DNA of 20,250 bases from an uncultured virus (IMG/VR IMGVR_UViG_3300030060_001926) (taxonomy: Duplodnaviria; Heunggongvirae; Uroviricota; Caudoviricetes): positions 62,001 to 82,250 of the IMG/VR virus record IMGVR_UViG_3300030060_001926. The stretch is one strand, 5' to 3'. Every line of letters begins with the position of its first letter. Positions within the stretch are counted from its first letter, which is position 1. Positions 8,916 through 15,700 of the stretch are shown here, one piece after another. A program made the translations under genes and the position numbers. Under the pieces are notes generated by a model. It was given only the letters and a program-made list of their open reading frames with translations. It was not told the origin of the DNA and ran no database searches.

Positions 8916-10613
8916 TTAGGACCAGCCTCTGGCTCTCCTATAGCCTGTCCACTTTGATCGGTTCTGATCGTAAGGTTTCTTAGGCTCTGGTCGGACCAAT
9001 CTGACAGCACCTGAGGTTCCATTTAAGAATAACCCCGCCCGTCTGTCGTCGTGTTCCCAAGTTTTAATTAAGTCTTGATATTCTTTTTCCTTATTTCTTT
9101 CAATAACTTTATCAACGTCTACGCTAAGAAAGTCTTCCCAGTGTGAAACAGCTGCTGACAGACAATCGATACGGTCATCCTTTGGCAGTGCTCCTCTCTT
9201 GTCAAAAATTCTTGTAATTTGTTTTTGATTCTCTTCTTGACAAATAACTCTTCTGTCCATAACTAACCTGTGCTGTGCCATGACAGGTTCCAACGCATCA
9301 ATTATCCGTGCTTCCTTGCGTCCAGATACCCTGTACTCTTCTACGGCAACAGGCCCACATATCTGATGTACAATCGGCAAAAGTAATTGCGAATACATTC
9401 CATCGCCAAAGTTAGATTCAACTTTAATAACTTGAACCTGATAATCTCTCGCAAGCTTAGCTATTTTAGTTAAGATATTTTTTTCATATCCGCCCGGATA
9501 ACCTATCATCTCGTGGATATAAACGTAGCCGTTACAGAAGGATGCGACACATACTGCCGTCTCGTCTTCACCTCTGCCACTAGGATCTACTGTAAGAATT
9601 CTTTGAGAGTATTCAATAAAAGTTCCTGAAACCCACATGGGTTCATACACAACGTCTCCACTAAGACCAAAGCTTGGTATACCTTTCATCTTAGTACTGT
9701 TTGCCCATACAATTTTATCTGGACAAATATTAGGATCTAAGTCAAGCACGATAAGATCTGATAATCTTAATGGGAATTTCTCAAAGTCAGCAAGAGACGT
9801 ATCTAATTTATAGTGCAAAGCAAATGACTTAGGCCCAATCTTTGCTTGGCGTTCCATTAGAAGTTCTATAGGAAATCTTTCTGGTTGAACTGGATCCCCT
9901 TCTACCATACTAGAAGAAATTAAAAATTCATTAATGTCCTCCATCTCTGTTTCATCATTTCTATTAGGCATAACCGCAGGAAACTTTGTTACTTTATAAC
10001 CCGATTTTAACTGATTATATATAGAATCTTTAATTTGAGGTGTCCCTAAGAAGATAACTCTACCACCCACATTTCTAATCTGTTCAAACTCTCCAACCTT
10101 GTTCATTAACTTTTGTCTAGCTGCTGCAGTTTCACAGTTACCTTCTATCTCTACATCATCCGCAATAACATACTCGGCGTGAGATCCTGTAAGTTGTGAA
10201 GTAATACCGCGAGCAAAACAAGATTTATCTTGACCGACTTTAGTCCTACACTCCACATTAAACGCAAACGCATTGTCTGAAGTGTGGTCGCCCGGTCTTA
10301 GGTGGCTACAGTATGGGACTAAGTCTAAAATTTTTCTTGTCATAGAAATAAACTCAGCTGCTTTATTACTGGTTGCTGAGACAACCATGATTGTTGTATT
10401 TGGGTCCTTTAAAAGAAACCACGAAGCGAGGCACGAAGTAATCACAGACTTGCCAAAACCACGACCCGCTTGTAACTGCATGTCATTACCGAAGTTCTGA
10501 AGAGCGTCTGCCATTGCATACTGGGCAGGCGTAGGCTCACCTATACCAAGGTACTTGAAACAAGCCCATAGGTGATTCCTAAAGTCCTCTAACATCTCTT
10601 CGGGTATGTTCAT
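8916..10613 (-). CDS. terL: Terminase large subunit (T7 gp19-like DNA maturase B), 565 aa
   Basis: PTPAQY adenine-binding motif, Walker A QAGRGFGKS, GITSQLTGSHA, Walker B VIADDVE, coupling motif FLGTPQ, and RNase H-like nuclease motifs VDPSGRGEDET, VESNFGDGM, KEARIIDALEP and DDRIDCL. All are characteristic of T7-type TerL. Confidence 0.97.
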   Translation of the reverse strand: MNIPEEMLEDFRNHLWACFKYLGIGEPTPAQYAMADALQNFGNDMQLQAGRGFGKSVITSCLASWFLLKDPNTTIMVVSATSNKAAEFISMTRKILDLVPYCSHLRPGDHTSDNAFAFNVECRTKVGQDKSCFARGITSQLTGSHAEYVIADDVEIEGNCETAAARQKLMNKVGEFEQIRNVGGRVIFLGTPQIKDSIYNQLKSGYKVTKFPAVMPNRNDETEMEDINEFLISSSMVEGDPVQPERFPIELLMERQAKIGPKSFALHYKLDTSLADFEKFPLRLSDLIVLDLDPNICPDKIVWANSTKMKGIPSFGLSGDVVYEPMWVSGTFIEYSQRILTVDPSGRGEDETAVCVASFCNGYVYIHEMIGYPGGYEKNILTKIAKLARDYQVQVIKVESNFGDGMYSQLLLPIVHQICGPVAVEEYRVSGRKEARIIDALEPVMAQHRLVMDRRVICQEENQKQITRIFDKRGALPKDDRIDCLSAAVSHWEDFLSVDVDKVIERNKEKEYQDLIKTWEHDDRRAGLFLNGTSGAVRLVRPEPKKPYDQNRSKWTGYRRARGWS

Positions 10614-10744
10614 TTCTTTTTCCTACTAGGGGTTGGATTGTATTTAGGTGAAAGCTTGTAGTTATTATGCTTCTTAATTCCTTCAGCTTCTTTACCTTCC
10701 ATACGAGTGGTTGTACCACACGCACATTTAAATTTATGAGCCAT
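10610..10744 (-). CDS. Basic microprotein 6, 44 aa (MAHKFKCACGTTTRMEGKEAEGIKKHNNYKLSPKYNPTPSRKKK)
   Basis: Not in the ORF track. RBS AGGAGA-ACTATA-ATG. Its stop overlaps the terL start (ATGA). Contains an HxFxCxCG motif. Confidence 0.78.
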   Translation of the reverse strand: MAHKFKCACGTTTRMEGKEAEGIKKHNNYKLSPKYNPTPSRKKK

Positions 10745-10754
10745 TATAGTTCTC

Positions 10755-11606
10755 CTAGAATTGGTTCTTACCTAATTGAATATACCATGAACCTGATCCA
10801 GTCCATTTACTTGCAAGATAGTTATTAATAGCGGTAGCTTGTGTGCCGTTAGTAGATAAGTCTAGCCTTACTTTATCAAGCGAACCGGATGATTCACTAA
10901 AGTCTGCGTCACTAAAGTCCCACTCAGTAATATCACCGCCAGTTAATTCTTTTAAAATTAAAACTTTATTTGCATCAGAAGAAGCTAGCCAGTCAGCTTT
11001 AATTTGTGTTCCGTTGCTAGTAGTTGTAGCTAAACTAAGTTTTACTCCGTGATCTCCATTACCTTCAAAATAGTTTTGTGTGGTATTGTCCTGTAATTTA
11101 ACCCATCCATTATCTCCATCTGATCCACCTATAAAAGATTGAGCCGTTGAACTATTATCTCTGTACCACCCAACTTGATCAGCGTACGTAGAAGTATCTG
11201 CTTCTATAGTCATTTGATTCTTTGGAGCACTTCCTAAACCACTTGTATCATCAGTAGCTGTGTCTTCTTTCATCTTTGTCCATACAATAGCATCGTCAAC
11301 AAGAGCAGCAGTAGCATCAATAATGCCACGACCATCGCTAATCATTTTAGTAATAATTGCATTCATGCCTGAAGTCTTTGCATCCATGCCAGTAAACAGA
11401 CCATGAAGAACAGCTAGTGCTTCGTTTTTGCTAGGGTACTGTGTACCTATAAGCCTGTCCTCATTTACTTTTAAATACCACATATTAGTACTAGCGTTCT
11501 TTCTTATTTCAAACATACCAATGTATTCATTTCTATGATTATTGGAAGCAATGCCTCTAGTTTTTTTATAGTTAGTAGCTGCATCTACAAATTGTCCTGC
11601 GGTCAT
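10755..11606 (-). CDS. Hypothetical protein, 283 aa; possible virion accessory protein with a beta-rich, S/T/D/G-rich C-terminal domain
   Basis: Long ORF with an ATGA overlap with the previous gene and an AGGAG RBS. Its TAG stop overlaps the AGGAGA RBS of the next gene. No recognisable catalytic motif. Confidence 0.75.
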   Translation of the reverse strand: MTAGQFVDAATNYKKTRGIASNNHRNEYIGMFEIRKNASTNMWYLKVNEDRLIGTQYPSKNEALAVLHGLFTGMDAKTSGMNAIITKMISDGRGIIDATAALVDDAIVWTKMKEDTATDDTSGLGSAPKNQMTIEADTSTYADQVGWYRDNSSTAQSFIGGSDGDNGWVKLQDNTTQNYFEGNGDHGVKLSLATTTSNGTQIKADWLASSDANKVLILKELTGGDITEWDFSDADFSESSGSLDKVRLDLSTNGTQATAINNYLASKWTGSGSWYIQLGKNQF

Positions 11607-11824
11607 TTCTTACTCCTTTTCTTTTTCCAGCTAATCCTACCCGGACCTTTCTTCCTATTCTTAGCTGAAGTACATTGAGCTTTAGTAGGGCGACAAGCGG
11701 GGTAAGGCCGCTTGCTTTTCCCCTTAGCTGATTTTCTACCGCAAGGTTTACCTGTTTTACAATCGATCCAACCCTTACCCTTGTTTCTACCAAACCATTT
11801 TTTTAAGCCTTCTTTTTTAGCCAT
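11603..11824 (-). CDS. Basic Cys-containing small protein 5, 73 aa (possibly DUF5872-related)
   Basis: GLKKWF...WIDCKTGKPCGRKSA...KRPYPACRP has 4 Cys. TAATG overlap upstream and ATGA overlap downstream. The family link is from memory only. Confidence 0.85.
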   Translation of the reverse strand: MAKKEGLKKWFGRNKGKGWIDCKTGKPCGRKSAKGKSKRPYPACRPTKAQCTSAKNRKKGPGRISWKKKRSKK

Positions 11825-11958
11825 TACTTCTTCTTCTTGGCAGGCTTCTTATGTCCATACCCTTTGTTTTTTAAAGCAAGATGCTCTTTAAATGTATTGG
11901 CTTTTTTTGACACACCCTTTGGAGAGTACATCATATGCGGTTTAAACTTCTTTGCCAT
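11824..11958 (-). CDS. Basic His-containing microprotein 4, 44 aa (MAKKFKPHMMYSPKGVSKKANTFKEHLALKNKGYGHKKPAKKKK)
   Basis: Not in the ORF track. TAATG overlaps at both ends (11958 and 11824), so it fills the gap exactly. 15 Lys and 3 His. FKPHMMY...EHL..K..GY.H is a motif recalled from marine phage hypothetical proteins. Confidence 0.82.
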   Translation of the reverse strand: MAKKFKPHMMYSPKGVSKKANTFKEHLALKNKGYGHKKPAKKKK

Positions 11959-12113
11959 TATTTTTTCCCCTTAGATTTATTGCCCCAGTTCTTTGCACCT
12001 ACCTTTCGGCACTTAACTAAAGCCCCCGAAGCGTAGGCACTAGGCCATTTGGTGTATCGGCTTTTAACCTTATGATAACATGCGTCCCGTTTTGCTTTCT
12101 TTTTTTTAGCCAT
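11958..12113 (-). CDS. Basic small protein 3, 51 aa (MAKKKKAKRDACYHKVKSRYTKWPSAYASGALVKCRKVGAKNWGNKSKGKK)
   Basis: The start is reassigned from the track's 12149 to the ATG at 12113, which overlaps the previous stop (TAATG). DACYHKVK..Y..WPSAYASGALVKCRK is a motif I recognise from marine and cyanophage hypothetical proteins. Confidence 0.85.
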   Translation of the reverse strand: MAKKKKAKRDACYHKVKSRYTKWPSAYASGALVKCRKVGAKNWGNKSKGKK

Positions 12114-12382
12114 TAGTTTGTACACTTCCATTTCTTTCGAGCTAAGCAAGCTCTCTTCTTAGGAGTTTTTCGGCAATCGATATTAAACTTTTTAATTTGC
12201 CCCTTGTTTCTAGCGCAGAACGAACGTTTGCGTGGACCACCTCCCGGTTGCGGGGCTTTAAGTTTAGATCCGGTTTTTCTATTAATCATTCCTCGGCCCT
12301 TTGCGGTTAGGCCACCAGTCTTTGACTTACATCCGTTTTTAATAGTACAACCTTTCATCCCTCCCTTTTTCTTTTTAGCCAT
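12113..12382 (-). CDS. Basic Cys-rich small protein 2, 89 aa (recalled as DUF6321-like)
   Basis: KSKTGGLTAKGR...TGSKLKAP...RKRSFCAR...KKWKC is a motif I recognise from uncharacterised marine phage proteins. The family name is from memory and unverified. It has 6 Cys and a TAATG overlap with the next gene. Confidence 0.85.
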   Translation of the reverse strand: MAKKKKGGMKGCTIKNGCKSKTGGLTAKGRGMINRKTGSKLKAPQPGGGPRKRSFCARNKGQIKKFNIDCRKTPKKRACLARKKWKCTN

Positions 12383-12385
12383 GAC

Positions 12386-12511
12386 TCACCCCATCTTCTT
12401 ATAAGAATTCATCTTTCGCTTCTTACCGGCTGCTGGTTTCTTTTTTTTATCGTAACCCGCTTTCTTGCTGTCTTTCTTAGCCATAGCTGGCTTTGCTTTT
12501 GCGTATGCCAT
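12386..12511 (-). CDS. Lysine-rich microprotein 1, 41 aa (MAYAKAKPAMAKKDSKKAGYDKKKKPAAGKKRKMNSYKKMG)
   Basis: Not in the ORF track (below the size cutoff). ATG overlaps the terS stop (TAATG) and is preceded by AGGAGG. It fills the gap to the next gene, leaving 3 nt. 15 of 41 residues are Lys. Confidence 0.8.
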   Translation of the reverse strand: MAYAKAKPAMAKKDSKKAGYDKKKKPAAGKKRKMNSYKKMG

Positions 12512-12723
12512 TATCCTACCTCCTTTTTAAATGGAATTGAATCTGTAAATTTACCCTCTAGAAACTCTAAAGCTTCCTTCGGAATGTCTTCTAATGTTTC
12601 TTTATTGTCTGTAATGACACCTCTAACTACCTGATATAAACCGGGAGTACACTTAGTAGGGTCATTTAAATCATCCATTAAACATTGCATAAGCATGTCA
12701 TTAAGTTTTTCTACTTTATTCAT
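12511..12723 (-). CDS. Terminase small subunit (T7 gp18-like), 70 aa
   Basis: LMDDLNDPTKCTPGLYQVV aligns by eye with T7 gp18 MLADLSDHERRSPQLYNAI. Small and acidic, located after the tail fibre and upstream of terL. GAGG RBS upstream. Confidence 0.8.
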   Translation of the reverse strand: MNKVEKLNDMLMQCLMDDLNDPTKCTPGLYQVVRGVITDNKETLEDIPKEALEFLEGKFTDSIPFKKEVG

Positions 12724-12741
12724 AATTTAATTTACCTCTTA

Positions 12742-15700
12742 TTAACCGCCATAATAGTTGTTGTACCATTTATTATGAGCACCATTAGTAAAGTAGTCCG
12801 CATCGTTCGAGCCTTGGGTATACCAAGGCCAAACGTCTGTTGAGTTATCATGGAGATGCGTTCTTTCAAAAATACTTCTACCACTATTACTTTCTGATAT
12901 ATACGTATATATAGGGTATCTAAAATCTCGTATACAGTTGCCAGTAATATCACACCTGTTAAATGTTTTATTATCTAGTGGATCGCTGCTATTTCCGAAA
13001 ATCATTCCGTGAGAAGACGTAGACATATTAGTGCCTGAAGGATACGGTCCGTCTCCTTTGACAATATTCCCTACAACATTCATGTGTTCTACAAATGATT
13101 GAACTTGATTAGTCTCGCATTGTGCTTTAACCCAAATTCCTCTAAAATTGCTTTCATACCAATCCTTTTCAGACGATACTTCGGTCCCTCCTTGTCTCGT
13201 AGCTCCATTAAATAAACCGGCAACCCTTCGAAACGCAGCAGCAGCATGTATGTGGTTGTTAGTAATTTCAAGTCCGTTTACATTCTCATTCCCAAGATTT
13301 TTTAAAGCATTTGAAAGATACAATGCTTGAAGGCCATATAAAGTACAGTCTTTAATTTTAATTCTATTGGCAACTGGCATAATTTCAGTGGCAATTGTGC
13401 TCCTTGTCCAATAGCCTCTGATTGCAGAAGAAATTCCTGCTATATTACACTCTGAAACCTCTATCCCACTGTTTAAACTAATAGTGAATTGTTGTTCGGT
13501 AGTACCCATGTATAGCTCAGATCCATTTTCATAAGTACAGGTAAGAACCTTAACAGTGTCGTACCATACAGGAACATAGCCATCAGTCAAAACCTGTCCA
13601 CCGAGTTGCATTCCGTCACCATTCCCCCAGAAAGCCGATGCGCTAAAAACATTGTCTCCGCTAACGAAGCCTCCAACTCTAACAAGTTTGTTAATGTTGC
13701 ATCTTTTTAATTCAAAATGCTCTACTCCACAAACTCTTGAATTATATTTATAGATTTCAATTGCTGATGAATTATAAGAACCGTCTTTATAGTCTTGGTT
13801 TCCATATGGGTCGTCAAAATATCTAGGTGCAGGCCTGTTAGGATTTGGAACAAAAGGAGTAATGTCGCAATCAGTTATTTTTAAAGAGCCATAAATAAAG
13901 GCTCCGCCACACTTGAAAGCACAAACAGAATTTATGTTACAGTTAGTAATATCAATGTTACTGCACCCAAGATATTGCGTCTCACTGTGAGCAGTAGCAG
14001 ACCCTACGTCTACAAATACCGCAACAGTACAAGATTCAAAAGTACAGTCTTTAATTTTAATATTCGAACTAGCCTTTAATCTAATACAAGAACTAAGGTG
14101 ACTAACATTCATGTAGCTACTTCCTCTGCAGTTTTTAAACTTGCAGTTTTCAAAAGTTACATCCTTACAATTTTCTATCAATACAGCATACTCACCATTA
14201 AAGTTTTCAAATACACAATCTCTAAATATAATGTCGCTTCCGTTTTTAATATGAACACCAGAATGCCTAGACTGAGTTACGTAAGCCTTATCTCCTCCAT
14301 AGTTTGCAGAATCAGCGGCAGCAGAAGCCATTGTGCTTACAAAAGTGTCGGCATCTGTAGCACCAGTCAGTGTCATCCATCTGTTAATGTCTCCTGACTT
14401 AGCAACTTTGTGTGTTACTCCGTCTCCTCCAAGATCTGCATCTTGTACTAAGATAGCACCTCCACCACTTTGGTTCATTCCGTGACCTGTAGGTACTTGG
14501 AATGCAAGAGTAGTATTAGCAGTAGTTGTAAATGGAGTAGTACTTTGATCAAAGTCATTTAAGTAAACTGTTTTACCTAATAAGTCTTTAAACCTCATGT
14601 TTAAGAAAGTGACATTTTCAATTTGATTAGCACCGTTTGTGCCTTCTCCCGATCTTTCTACTAAAGATCCTGACTTAATCTTACAAGCTGGGGCTTCATC
14701 TATAATTAAAGAATCACCATCAGTTGAGTCATTAATACCTATAACCTTTGCTAAGTGATACTGAGCGTGTTCTGTAACTGTGTCAGCATCCTCCTTTGTT
14801 TTTACATTTATTAACGCATCGCCAATAATTCTAATTAAATCTCCTATAGCAAAGTTAGCTACATCAGCTACCTTCATAACAGTATCGCCCGGATATAGTT
14901 CTGCAGCAGTTGTTGTTTGAAGTTGAGTAGTTGTTCCGGGTTTAAGAACTTGTTTGTCCATGCAAGCATTGTATGATATAAAAATACCACCGTCCTTAAG
15001 GGTAAGGTGTCTTTTACAAGGCATGACTAATTCTTCGGGGGTTCCATCGGTAGATAAAATAGCGTGGTTTCTGCCTCTAAAGTTTAAGATAGAAGTAGTA
15101 GAGCTAGATGATGCTGTTGTTTGTCCTAGAGTTCCACTAGTCAAGGCGGAGTTAACAGCGGTGTAATCGTGTGTTGCTCCGTCTGCTGTACCTCCCACAA
15201 CGCTATCATAAGCTACGCTACTAACAGTGCTAGCTGCCCACCTACTATTTCCGTGATCCCAAGTTAAAGATTGCCCATCGGATGGACTCATAGAATCATA
15301 GACATCGCTTAGAGCTTTAATGGAAGATCCTGTAGTTAAAACCTTTTCGCCAGAACCAAATGAATTTTCTAACTGAATAGGTTCCCAAGAGTTCCCATCA
15401 TAGTAGACCATATCATTACCTGTTGGAGATGTGTCATCTACGTATACGCCACTGAGTTCATCGAACGTAGTATTAACAATAGCATCTTCTACGTATTCGC
15501 AAGTAGCTGCTTCTCGTTCTGTTCCATCAGAGTTATTGCCAACATTAGCTGTAGGAGTAGCTGCAATCTTTTGACCATCTGCTAAATCTACAGAACCATC
15601 TCCTAGCACTGCTGTAGAGGCGTTGACAATCTGCCAAGCTGAACCGTTATATCTAATTAGGTTTCCGTTAGCAACGCTACCTACTCCCCAGCTAGAGTCA

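Noticed and set aside
11572..11793. Alternative-frame 73-aa ORF overlapping basic protein 5, considered as a nested Rz1-like spanin
   Set aside because: It has no signal peptide or lipobox and a TTG start. The main frame is coupled at both ends and carries the recognisable motif.
12114..12149. Longer start for the 11958-12149 ORF
   Set aside because: It is a TTG start inside the preceding gene. The ATG at 12113 gives the TAATG coupling and MAKK start shared with its neighbours.
11603..12511. Basic peptides considered as phage-encoded ribosomal proteins (L33/L34/L35/L36/S21) or RiPP precursors
   Set aside because: Size and charge are similar, but I see no diagnostic ribosomal protein motifs, and there is no modifying enzyme or shared leader nearby.
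12732..12953. Out-of-frame, somewhat hydrophobic ORF at the tail fibre 3' end, considered as a holin (T7 17.5 position) or a frameshifted alternative C-terminus
   Set aside because: It has a GTG start without an evident RBS and no clean transmembrane helix. It is almost fully nested in the fibre gene and no slippery site was seen.
12742..13100. Tail fibre C-terminus as a diversity-generating retroelement target
   Set aside because: No template repeat, reverse transcriptase or C-type lectin-like motif was seen in the window.
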